Positions 23,575-35,081 of a stretch of DNA of 64,000 nt are shown here, one piece after another. The notes under the pieces were generated by a model. It was not told the DNA's origin. It did no database searches and saw only the letters and a list, made by a program, of their open reading frames with translations. The stretch is from the NCBI RefSeq assembly GCF_030028105.1, contig NC_092375.1, positions 54,349,130 to 54,413,129 on the forward strand. The letters run 5' to 3'. Source of the stretch: Mobula birostris (taxonomy: Eukaryota). Position numbers and translations under genes: made by a program. Position 1 is the stretch's first letter. Each line of letters begins with the position of its first letter.

Positions 23575-26425
23575 AAACATGGACAATGATTAAGAGGATG
23601 GGAGGAGATGGGAGGAGATGGGAATATCCAGTAATGATATCTGAGGAGGAAACAGCAGTCTCCAGTAGGGATAAGGCTGAGATCATGGCTAAGTCATTTG
23701 TACAGATATACAGTTCAGAAAATTTGTCAGAAGAGGGAAGGAGAAGGGAAAGAACAATGAGTCAACACCCAGGTGTTTTAAACAGGAGGGAAGAAACTGA
23801 TGATATAATTGATGATCCATTTACGTTGGCAGAAATGGCGAGGGCAATAAAGAGATCGAGATCAATCTTCCCAGGGAAAGATCTGATATGCTATGTTATG
23901 CTAAAAAATCTAGGAGAAGGAGCATTTTTATAACAGAGTGTGGGAGGAGGGAAGATTACCAAGTGCATGGAAAGAAGCAGTAATAATTCCAATAGGGAAA
24001 CCTGGCAAGGATCAGTCAAAACCCACTAGCTACAGACCAATATCATTAACATCAAATATATGCAAGATAATGGAAAGGATGATAACAGAAAGGTTATCGT
24101 ATGAGCTTGAGAAGAGGGGAATGCTGGCAAGTTATCAGAGTGGTTTTAGGAAGGGAAGGAATTCCATGGACTCAGTGAAAACATTAGAGACTGAAATAAG
24201 AAAGGCCCAGGCAAATAAAGAGTCAGTAGTTGCAGTGTTTGTTGACATAGAAAAAGCCTATGATATGATGTGGAAGGAAGGATTGTTAATTGAACTGCAC
24301 AAGATGGGGGTTGGTGGGAGAGTATTTAATTGGATAAACGGTTTTTTGTTTGGTAGAAAAATTCAAGTTCGGATTGGATCAGAATTATCAAAACAGCACA
24401 GTGGAAAATGGCACACCTCAAGGTAGTGTGATTAGCCCGTTACTTTTCATCATTATGATCAATGATGTCTTCACAAAGGTACCAGTGGATATAGGTAGGA
24501 CTCTGTTTGTGGATGATGCGGCCTTGGGGAAAAGAGGCAGAAACATGGAGCGTATAATCAGGAAACTACAAGGAGCAATTGATGAAGTGGTGGAGTGGGG
24601 TTATGATTGGGGATGTAGATTTTCAGTAGAAAAAACTCAAGCTGTATTTTTCACCAGGAAAAAATTGAGGTTGGGAAGAAGTTAAGCATGTATGAGATTG
24701 AATTAGAAAGGGTTGAACTATTTAAATTTCTGGGAGTTATATTTGATTCACGATTAACATGGGTAGACCATATCAGGAAAGTTGAGGAGAAATGTAAAAA
24801 AAGTACTAACTGTGATGAGATGTTTGACTGGTAGGGAATGGGGAGCAAGTTGTTCAGTGTTGAAGAGAATGTATGTGGCTTTAGTGAGATCTGTGTTGGA
24901 CTATGGAAATATAGTATATGGATCAGCAGCTAGGTCTCTTACAAGGAAACTGGATGTGATTCAGGCTCTGGCTTTGAGAGTGTGCGATGGGGCTTTAAAA
25001 ACATCACCAGTATCAGCCCTACAGGTAGAAGTGGGAGTAATGCCTTTGGAACTAAGAAGGATGCAATTGATGGCAAACTACTGGGCTAATTTGCAGGGGC
25101 ACAATGATTCTCACCCTGCAAAAGGAGTGTTGCAGGAGTGCTGGGAAAATGGGAGGTTTCAGGGGGATAACTTTAGTCGGGTAGGGAATGATATTGCTAA
25201 AGAATGTGGAGTGTTTGATCTAAGGAAAAGTCCTTCAGCAGTTTATATGGTTGTAGCTCCATGGAAGATTGTATGGCCTGACATAGACTGGCATTTGTTA
25301 GAGGTAAAAAGGAAAGGAAAATATAAAACTGATTTGGTAAGTGCATTTAACTGTCATGTGAGGGAAAGGTATAGTGATTATACTCAGATTTATACGGATG
25401 GTACTAAGGAACCTGAAACAGGAGTGACAGGGTTTGGGGTGGCTATACCAGCAAAAGAAATTGGAATCAACAGAAGAATATCTAATAAGTTAGGGGTGTT
25501 TACAGTGGAGATTCTGGCAGTGTTGCTTGCATTGTGATGGGTGGAGAAAGCTAGACAAGTCAAAATGTTGATATGCTCAGATTCATCCTCAGTTCTAGCA
25601 AGTTTAAGGTTTTTACACAAACAGTTGGCAAGATGTACTTTATGAAGTCCTTCAGTCAGTCACAAGAATTGCAAATCAGGGAGGTCAGGTAAAATTTTTA
25701 TGGGTTCCAGCACATGTGGGGGTGAAGGGGAATGAGAGGGTGGATGAGTTGGCAAAGAGGGCGTTGAAGAAAGAAAATATAGAAATGCACATTAGTATCA
25801 GTAAAGCAGAGGTTAACTGTGTAATCTGGGAAAAAAATCAACCAAATGTGGTAAGGAAGATGGGACAGGGAGGGGAAAGGGAGGCATTTATATCAAATAC
25901 AAAAGAGTATTGCAGGTACTAGGGTAGGTAGTGGAAACAGAAGAGAGGAAACTGTGTGGACTAGGTTAAGGCTGGGGCATTGTGCAGTAAACAAAACATT
26001 GAAAATGACAGGGAAACAGCAGACAGGATTGTATGAGGAATGTCAGGTAGAGGAGTCAGTAGAACATGTAGTTCTGAGTTGCAGGAAGTATGGGATAGAG
26101 AGAGATGATGGGAATTAATCTAAGGGAATTGGGGGTGCAGGAATTCACATTAAAAGGGTGAGAGAGCACAGGTCAGGGTATTTTTAGCTTTCTTAAGGGA
26201 TACAGGGTTTTTTTTTTATATAGGATATGATGGATAAGCAGGAATAGGGTACTAGGATGGCCAAAGATGGGAGGATAAGGTGTAGGCTAGGATATGTGTG
26301 GGTGTGTGATTGGGTGAAGGTATTTAGAATGTAAGTCTATTGCACATTCCAGAGCAGAAGGTGGTGGTAATGCACCATTAAGCTGGGTGCCAACCGCCGT
26401 AAAACAAGACGAAGAAGAGAAGACG
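23575..26425 (+). mobile_element. 5'-truncated I-group (Nimb-like) LINE with RT and RNase H
   Basis: RT: WKEAVIIPIGKPGKD..YRPISLTS, VFVDIEKAYD, GTPQGSVISP, LFVDDAAL. RNase H: IYTDGTK..EILAV..ICSDS..WVPAHVGVKGNERVDELAK. C-terminal RLGH/HV zinc motif. 3' end GGTGGTGGTAATGCACC followed by a GAA-repeat tail. Several frameshifts. Confidence 0.88.
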
Positions 26426-27166
26426 ACAGACAGACAGACAGACGGACTCACTCTTTGGCAGTGAAAGAGATGGCAGGGCATGTGTTGCCTCCTGGATGCT
26501 GCAGTTTAGAAAGTCCTTGGATTATTGGAACCTCCTCAGGGGCAGGAGTGACCTTTACAAGAGAGATAGGCTGCACCTTAACTGCAGGGGAATCAATATC
26601 CTGACTGGGAGATTTACTAGTGCTCTTTGGAGGGGATTAAATTACTTTGACAGTAGTGGGGGGGTGGCATGAGGGGGAGTGGTGGAAAGCAGAGCACCAG
26701 ATCAGAAAGTAGAAGAATTGTGAGAAAGGTAGACGTCATGAAGAGGCAGGAGCAGAGTAATAGACACAATTAGACAGATGCATTGCCATGTTTTGTTGCT
26801 GGAAATATGAGTAAGGATGTTGAATCTAGAGCATGGATCAGCACATGGAACTGATGTTGTGGCTGTAACAGAGACTTGGTTGAGAGAGGGAGATTAGTGG
26901 ATGCTTAATGCTCCAGGGTTTCAATGTTTTAGAAAAGATGGATGTGAGAGTAACAAGTGGGGCATGTGGGGAGTGAATGGCAGGGAAACAATGCTATTAA
27001 TCAGGGGCAATGGCACAGCTGCATTCAAAGCAGCATGATGGTAGCCTCTTCCACATGGTCTAATGGAAGAGAAAGGAAGCGTATGTAAGGTTTCGGAAGC
27101 TAAATTCCAAATAGAACCACCGAGGATTATAACAAAGCCAGAACAGGTAACTAAGAAAACCAAGAG

Positions 27167-28852
27167 TGTCATAATGGGGGGGGGGGGGGGGCAATGGGGA
27201 ACAGACCCAAATGCAAGACAGACACTGAAGTACTAGGAACAGGACAGGACAAAACTAAATGTCAGGATAGGACACAGACTAGGAGTAGGGACAGGAACAC
27301 AGACTAAACTAGGGGAGCAGGACCAGGACGAGGGACTGGGAACAAGGAGCCTGGGCATGGGCTCCGAGCCAGAGACTGGACAAAGACCCAGAACCTGGGT
27401 TTTGACTTGGGCTCAGACCCCAAAACCAGGCAAAGGTGTGGCAAAGCCCAGGTTCCTGGGGAGCGGGCAAAGGCGTGGCGAGGCCCGGGTTCCTGGGGAG
27501 CGGGCAAAGGCGTGGCGAGGCCCGGGTTCCTGGGGAGCGGGCAAAGGCGTGGCGAGGCCCGGGTTCCTGGGGAGCGGGCAAAGGCGTGGCGAGGCCCGGG
27601 TTCCTGGGGAGCGGGCAAAGGCGTGGCGAGGCCCGGGTTCCTGGGGAGCGGGCAAAGGCGTGGCGAGGCCCGGGTTCCTGGGGAGCGGGCAAAGGCGTGG
27701 CACGGCCCAGGTTCCTGGGGAGCGGGCAAAGGCGTGGCACGGCCCGGGTTCCTGGGGTGCAGGCAAAGGCGTGGCACGGCCCGGGTTCCTGGGGAGCGGG
27801 CAAAGGCATGGCACGGCCCGGGTTCCTGGGGAGCGGGCAAAGGCATGGCACGGCCCGGGTTCCTGGGGAGCGGACAAAGGCATGGCACGGCCCGGGTTCC
27901 TGGGGAGCGGGCAAAGGCATGGCACGGCCCGGGTTCCTGGGGAGCGGGCAAAGGCATGGCACGGCCCGGGTTCCTGGGGAGCGGGCAAAGGCATGGCACG
28001 GCCCGGGTTCCTGGGGAGCGGGCAAAGGCATGGCACGGCCCAGGTTCCTGGGGAGCAGGCAAAGGCATGGCACGGCCCAGGTTCCTGGGGAGCGGGCAAA
28101 GGCATGGCACAGCCCGGGTTCCTGGGGAGCGGGCAAAGGCATGGCACAGCCCGGGTTCCTGGGGAGCGGGCAAAGGCATGGCACAGCCCGGGTTCCTGGG
28201 GAGCAGGCAAAGGCATGGCACGGCCCGGGTTCCTGGGGAGCAGGCAAAGGCATGGCACGGCCCAGGGTCCTGGGGAGCAGGCAAAGGCATGGCACGGCCC
28301 AGGGTCCTGGGGAGCAGGCAAAGGCATGGCACGGCCCAGGGTCCTGGGGAGCAGGCAAAGGCATGGCACGGCCCAGGGTCCTGGGGAGCAGGCAAAGGCA
28401 TGGCAAAGGCACAATAGGGCAAGGGTACTTCAATGCAACTCCTGGGCAGGACACAGGACTCCAGTCCACAGAGGCAAGGACATGGAGGGACAGACCCAAT
28501 CACAGGGTAACAGCAATCAGGCTGGCTTACCTGACAGAGGCAAGGGACAGGAAGGGAGCTAGGCTCAAGACAGCCAGGCTCAAGGCAGCCAGTAACCTCA
28601 GCAGGCTACAGAACAGCCAACTCCATATCCTGATAACTGCATTAGCCTTCCACCAGTCAGTTGCTCTTAGGGGAAAACTGACAAGACAACCCAGCCACCA
28701 CACCTGATCCCAGGGCCACTTATATTCCCAGCCCCAAGATGAACATCAGGTGCTTATGGTTAAGTCCAACTGAAACAAGGGATAGCCGGAAGACCTGGAG
28801 TCCACGGACTGGACTGTGAACCGGAATGCGGACTTTGGACCGGACCATGACA
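27167..28852 (-). mobile_element. Solo LTR (Gypsy-type) carrying a minisatellite
   Basis: TGTCAT...ATGACA termini; exact 5-bp TSD AAGAG (27162-27166 and 28853-28857); TATAAG near 28706-28711 on the minus strand; TGCATTTGGGTC near the distal end. Orientation is inferred from these motifs. Confidence 0.85.
27429..28405. repeat. 37-bp GC-rich minisatellite, about 26 copies
   Basis: Unit AGGCCCGGGTTCCTGGGGAGCGGGCAAAGGCGTGGCG (28/37 GC); translation period of 37 aa equals 3 units. Confidence 0.97.
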
Positions 28853-31761
28853 AAGAGAGGCTATGAAAGGTCCAAGGTAAGTTGGATTAAAGACAGTCCC
28901 ACATCATTCTATACATCAAGAGCAAGAGGCTAAATAGGATGTGGGTAGGATCACACAAGGATAAAGGAGGGAACATGTGCTTGGAGATGGAGGAAGTGGG
29001 TGAGGTCCTAAAAGAGTACTTTGCATCAGTATTTATCAAGGAGAAGGATGTGGACGATAGAGTGAGCTGTATGGAGTGTGCTAATTTGCTAAGGCATTTC
29101 AAGATAAAGGAGGTGGTATCACACATAAACGTTGCTGGTGAACGCAGCAGGCCAGGCAGCATCTCTAGGAAGAGGATGCTGCCTGGCCTGCAGCGTTCAC
29201 CAGCAATTTTTATGTGTGTTGCTCGAAATTCCAGCATCTGCAGATTTCCTCGTGTTTGCATTTTTAAAGGAGGTAGTGTTGGGTCTCTTAATAGCATTAA
29301 CCATATAATCATATAACAATTACAGCATGGAAACAGGCCATCTCGGCCCTTCTAGTCCATGCTGAATGCTTACTCTCACGTAGTCCCACCGAATATAACC
29401 ATATAACAATTACAGCAGGGAAATAGCATTAATGCAGATAACTCCCCAGGGCCTATTGGAATATACCCCTGGTTATTGAAAGAGCGAGAGAAGAGACCTC
29501 TGGGGCTTTTACCAATACTTTTGTTCTGACTAACCACAGGCGAGGCCCTGGAGGACTGGCAAGTCACTAATGTTGTTCCATTATTTAAGGGAAATGGGGT
29601 TAATCCTGGAAACTATAGACTTATGAGTCTCACGGCAGTGGTAAGGAAGTTACTGAAATGATTCTTCAGGGTAGTATCTATGAGTAATTGGAAAACCATG
29701 ACTGAATTAGACATAATCAGCATGGCTTTGTTAAGGGCAAGTCAGTGGCTGATGTGATTTATTCTGGCTAGAGTTCTGTGACTAGTGGTGTTCTGCAGGG
29801 ATCTCTACTGGGACCTTGGCTAAACATAGATAGGTGGATTAGTAAGTTTGCAGATAATACAAAGATTGATTATGTTGTGAATAACACAGAAGACTGGCAA
29901 AGGATACAGCAGAATATACATCAGTGCAGACATAAACAAAGAAATCGCAGATGGAGTTTAACCCTGACCAATATGAAGCATTACTCCTTGTGAAATCATA
30001 TGTAAAGAGACAGTACTCTATTAATGGCAACACCTTGCAGTACTGATGTACAAAGAGATCTTGTGGTCCAGGTCCATAAATCTCTGAAAATGGTTGCACT
30101 GGTTACTTGCGTGTAAAAATGGCATATGGCATGCTTGTCTTTATTAGTTGAGTAACTGAATTCAACAGTTAGGAAGTTATGTTGCAGCTTTATAAAACTC
30201 TAGTTAGACCATAGCTGAAGCATATCATTCAATTCTGGTTGCCACTTTACAAGAAGGATGTTGAGGCTTTGAAGATGATGCAGGTGAGGTCAGCTAGGAT
30301 TTTGTGGTACTATAAGGAGAGGAGGTTGGGTAGATAGGTCCTTTTCTCTGGAGTGGCAGAGGATAAAGGGAGATCTGTTTAAATTTTATAAGCTTGAGAG
30401 GCATAGATAAAGAGCTGGTATATTTTTCTCAGGGTTGAAATCTTTAATACCAGGGGTCACTCATTTAAGGTGAGAAAGGGTAAATTCAAAGGAGATGGGT
30501 GGGGTAAGTTGTTTTAACAATGGTGTGTACCTGGGATGTATTGTGTGAGGTAATGGTGGTGGTGGTGAAGGCAAATACAATAGCGATGTTCAAGATGCTC
30601 TTGGGTAGGCAGATGAATGTGGAGGAAATAGAAGGATATGGACATTGTGTAGGCAGAGGGGATTTGTTTAATTAGACATGTTAAACCTTTAAGAGCTTGG
30701 AGCTTCAGGGACAATGAGTCTGACTGTGTTTGTGTAGTTTATAAAGGTGTTCCTGAAATGCTATGTTTCTTGAAGTAAATATATTGTTTACATTATATTA
30801 GGTTAGTAGGAGTGCCAAGAATGTACATAATTTAAGCTGTATTTATTCAAAGGAAATGGTTTTATCTTTAGCACTGATACTGGTTCACATACCAGTGTTG
30901 CCTAAATTTTCTTTATGACATTTACTTGTTCAGAAATTGATAGAATGAGTTATTTCATACTCTCTGTATGAATCATTCACAGAATTGACTTTTGTATTGC
31001 ACGCCATCCTTTGTAGTCCATTCCTGTGTATAGATGTGGGGTCATTGCTAGACCTTCATATCTGCACAGCAATGTAAAGAATATCACGTTAAAATAAACG
31101 TTGAACGGCCTTGTGGTTTTTCCGCCCAAGCGATGTCTGTGGTTGAAATCTATGATGTGCTCTATATTTTCCAATATTACACAACAACCAATCATATTAT
31201 CAATAAACTGAAGTGACTATTACTACTAATTCATTACTGATGTACTTGCTAATAATATAAAATTTTGCAGAATCAAAATTAGAAACTTTTGCTTCAGTTT
31301 TCAAAGTCACTAGCATCTCCAGTTGTCTTTAATGGTTATTGGGATATGTTAAAATTTTGCTGGATTCTCAATGAAGTGATATTGGGTAGACACAACCAAC
31401 AATGACATTCTCACACATCTACTAAAGTGGAAATGAAAAAAGACAATGCAGGAAACAGTAAGTAGGTCAGGCCGCACTTGGAAAAGAAAAACAGTATTAC
31501 TATTACAGGTTAAAGACACTTCATTAAAACCTGAAGAGTTGATTGTTATCATCATTTTTTTGCTTTCATTTCTAGCATTAGCATTTATTTGATCCTTGAT
31601 TTTAAAGACAGCACTGTTCAGTCATCCCAATGCAATCACACCTGTCCATCATCAAAATGATTTTGCTAACAGTTAAACAGTTATAACAGTTAAATATAAT
31701 TTAAACATAATTTATTTCAATCTAATGCATTTATTGTTTTAATGTCACTTCTTCCACCTTA

Positions 31762-32011
31762 TTTACTGTTCTCCTAACATAGGAGGAAAATTTGTGGAAA
31801 AGTCCCCGGGAGATAACATCTCGATGTTTAAAAGAAAAAAATATGCTTCTATTTAGCACTTTTATCATATAATTGTTATTAAGACCCAAAAATTGACACA
31901 GAGAAAGCAGAGAATGCTAAGTAGAAGCATATTTGTTTCTTTTAAACATTGAGATGTTATCTCCTGGGGACTTTTCCAAAAATTTTCCACCCATGTTAGG
32001 AGAATAGTAAA
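31762..32011. repeat. Foldback palindrome (MITE-like)
   Basis: ~100-bp arms: TTTACTGTTCTCCTAACAT..GGAAAAGTCCCCgGGAGATAACATCTC.. and its near-exact reverse complement, with a ~50-bp spacer. Confidence 0.9.
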
Positions 32012-32069
32012 AAAAAATCTCATGACCCAATTATTCACGTTTAGACCATATCAGGAAACCGCCTTTCAT

Positions 32070-32327
32070 GGCAGCACAGTAGTGTTGAGGTTACTGTAAT
32101 GCTATTGCACCACCAGCAACGTGGGTTCAATTCCCACCGCTGTCTGTAAGGAGTTTCAACATTCTCCCTGTGACCATGTGGGTTTCCTCTGAGTGCTCCA
32201 GTTTCCTCCCACATTCCAAAGACCTACAGGTTAGAAGGTTAATTGGTCACGTGGGTGTAATTGGGTGGTTTGGCCTGTTGGGCTGGAAGGGCCTGTTTAC
32301 TGTGCTGTTTCTCTAAGTAAATAAAAA
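32070..32327 (+). mobile_element. V-domain (HE1-like) SINE
   Basis: B box GGTTCAATTCC (32124-32134); V-domain GGTTTCCTCtGaGTGCTCCaGTTTCCTCCCACATTCCAAAGAC; A-rich tail. Confidence 0.85.
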
Positions 32328-32639
32328 TTTTCGTTGGTACATCATCAAACTAATTATAACCGACTGCTTGGGAATAAAGTGCAAAGTGTGGTCTTAGGGT
32401 TGAACTGGTTATATTAAGGCAGAAATTATATTACTAATTTGCAGATCATTTATTTAACTTAACTCAAAATTTGAACATCAGAGTGTAGTTGTTATTAATT
32501 CTTACAAGATAATGGAACTGGGCTTTTCTCCTCGACTATTTATCATCTGTTAGATGCACTGCCTTGCCAGTTCACTTCAAGGGTCACTGAAGTAAAACTA
32601 AATTCATAATATTTGGAAACCGTGTACCAAACTCATATA

Positions 32640-33600
32640 GTAAACTTAGAATAAATTATGTTGAAATTGATAAGGTATCTGAAACAAAATATTTAGGAGT
32701 GGTAATAGATAATAAATTAATCTGGAAACCACATATAAATTATGCCAAAGCAAAAATGTCAGAATCTAATGCAATACTGTACAAAGTGCAAGATTTCTTA
32801 AATCAGGAATCTTTGTATACATTATACTGTTCACTTATAGTCCCATACATGACTTATTGTGTAGAGGTATGGGGAAATACATAAAAAATAAATACAAAAA
32901 AAATAAATACAAACTCAATTTTTCTACTCCAAAAGAAAGTCTTATGAATTGTAAATAAGACAAGGTATTATGAGCCAACTAATCCACTACTTATTCAAAT
33001 AAACACTTTAACATTCAGAGATTTTGTAGATTTTAAAATAATACAAATTATGTATAAAAAAATGGACAGCTACCACAATGTATCCAAAGGTTGTTTAAAA
33101 TGAGAGAAAGTCAACATGATTTGAGAGGAACATGTATATTTCAAAAACAAAGGATAAGAACAAATGTAAAAAATCATTGTTTTTCAGTCAGAGGGGTGAA
33201 TCTATGGAACAGTTTCAGTGAGAATTTAAAAACATGCACCACACTTAACAAGTTTAAAAAATTATTTTAAAATAATTAAATGAACAAATATAAAATACAT
33301 GATTTAAAATGAATGGGAGTAATGTAAATAAATGATACTTGGAATTGGATTTTGTGTTAAAAGATTATGAATATTTTTGTTTTGATGTGATAATTGACGC
33401 CAATTAAGTTGTTGTATAAGTAAGAGGGGTAGGCGTAAAAAGCTGTAGCTTCAGCCTACACCCGAAACCTTTCGGTCTGTTTTAAAGAATATCTATGTTT
33501 TTTTGTTGTAATTTTGTCCTGTGAAATCATTGTTGAAAATGATGCTTTTTGTTATATTTGTACTGACTGAAATAAAATTCATTCATCCATTCATTCATTC
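32640..33600 (+). mobile_element. AT-rich L2/Crack-like LINE 3' fragment
   Basis: KYLGVVIDNKLIWKPHI..LYCSLIVPYMTYCVEVWGNT; ends in AATAAA and a (TTCA)n-like tail. Confidence 0.75.
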
Positions 33601-33879
33601 AAGGGCCAGTTAAGGGCCTACCCTGGAATTCTTACAGACCAGATATGAATAACAGGTTAATTTCAATGAAGGACATTAGTGAACTTGATGAACGTTTATA
33701 GAAATCTACCACCAGAATGTGTTTCACTGATATCAATTTTTTTGCATTTCTGTTTTATTTTTTAAATTTGGATGTAATTGATCCTTTATTATCTATGTAT
33801 TGCTGAATCTCTAGTTTGTATTTAGTATAGAATCAATCTTTCTCTTAATAACAGAGCAACGTAGCTTTTCTTATTTTAC

Positions 33880-33999
33880 CTTGCCTGCTTGACCTTGTCT
33901 TACAACACTTGACAACAGCCCATGCTAAAATGATGATCAGCAGTCCTATTGCCATTCCAGCAAGTATGCCGATGAAAGTACAATTTGCCGAAGTGCGAC
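33880..33999 (-). CDS. Stalk/transmembrane exon of the IgV receptor gene
   Basis: ttctttcatag|GT acceptor and CAAG|gtaaaa donor; 120 nt, phase 1-1; reads RTSANCTFIGILAGMAIGLLIIILAWAVVKCCKTRSSRQ (hydrophobic span followed by a basic stop-transfer segment). Confidence 0.88.
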
Positions 34000-34280
34000 C
34001 TATGAAAGAAGATAATTGATGAAAGATTTTGATTAAAATACATTGTATCAATAAAAAGCTCATTCAAGAGATTAAGTACAGCGCTGGCAATCTGACACTC
34101 TCAATTTTGGTTGCATTGGATTGACAGACTTTCTGGACTATTGGAAGTTAGATCAAAATCAGAAACACTGATGCATGTTGTGAAATTTATTGTTTGTGGC
34201 AGCAGTACCATGCAAGACATTAAAAAGTTACAATAAGTTGCAATAAAAAGTAAAACAAATAACTAGTTCAAAAGGGGAAT

Positions 34281-35081
34281 GTTGTTGTTCGTCCTTCGTA
34301 GTCGAAGATGACCATGGCTTCAAAGTCAATTGGGAGATTGGTGGCTGTGGGTCCGGAGGTGACTGATGAGGCCAATCCGGGCCCTGAAGGCTCGCCCACA
34401 TGTGAGACACAAGTGGGTGGGTGCTGTCGTGGCAGTGGAACTGCTCGGGCCTTGCGCACAGCACACTTTCGTTGCGCCTCGCTGATGCGCCTGACTTCAG
34501 CTGCACGGGCTGTTGTGGTGATCTTGCTGCGCCAAGCTGGACGGTCGAGGGCAGGCGTCTCCCACGTGTTGATGTCAACACCCAGGCCTTTGAGGGACGC
34601 TTTCAGGCAGTCTTTGTAACGTTTCATCTGCCCCCCGACTGAGCGCTTGCCCTGACACAGTTCTCCGTACAGCAGCTGCTTAGGCAATCGGCTGTCTGGC
34701 ATTCTGACCACATGTCCAGCCCACCTGGCTTGGGCTTTCAGCAGGAGGGTGTAGATGCTGCAGAGCCCAGCTCGTTCCAGGATTTCTGTGTCGGGGACTT
34801 TGTCCTGCCACCCGATGTGGAGGAGTCTGCGGAGACAGCTCAGGTGAAAGTGGTTGAGCTGTTTGGCGTGTCTGCTGTAGACAGTCCAGGTCTCGCTGGC
34901 GTAAAGGAGGTGGTAAGGACCACTGCACAGTAGACCTTCAGCTTGATGGTAAGGCTGAGTCCTCTCCGCTCCCAGACATTCTCACGGAGTCTCCCAAAGG
35001 TGGTGCTGGCTTTGGCAATCCTGTTGTTGACCTCAGCGTCTATGTTCACTGCGCGAGAGAGTATGCTGCCCAGGTAGGTGA
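34281..35081 (-). mobile_element. 5'-truncated RTE (BovB-like) LINE
   Basis: FTYLGSILS..RIAKAS.TFGRL..VW; RMPDSRLPKQLLYGEL..GKRSVGGQ.KRYKDCLK; GAACAACAAC tail; exact 11-bp TSD AAAAGGGGAAT (34270-34280, 35082-35092). Confidence 0.92.

Larger units (their letters stand above)
26430..30720 (+). mobile_element. Decayed CR1 LINE interrupted by a solo LTR
   Basis: ORF1 end, endonuclease start (DVVAVTETWLRE-like), RT motifs (GVLQGSLLGP; KFADNTKI) and 3' tail; colinear across the 27167-28852 insertion. Confidence 0.8.

Noticed and set aside
27176-27190. Homopolymer G/C runs here and at about 4175-4190, 42730-42740 and 45307-45318
   Set aside because: Simple tracts associated with repeats; their length may also be unreliable in assemblies.
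27429-28405. CRISPR-like regular array
   Set aside because: Units are contiguous with no unique spacers, there are no cas genes, and the DNA is eukaryotic.
27304-28707. Six overlapping 333-423 aa ORFs with Pro/Cys- or Gly/Arg-rich repeats
   Set aside because: They are a by-product of a 37-bp unit lacking stop triplets on both strands; all frames are open equally and the array lies in an LTR.
29296-29420. Direct repeat ATATAACAATTACAGCA
   Set aside because: Two adjacent reverse-oriented CR1 tail starts; not a separate element.
33845-34063. 72-aa ORF as a stand-alone small membrane protein
   Set aside because: Canonical phase-1 splice sites delimit a 120-nt internal exon within it.
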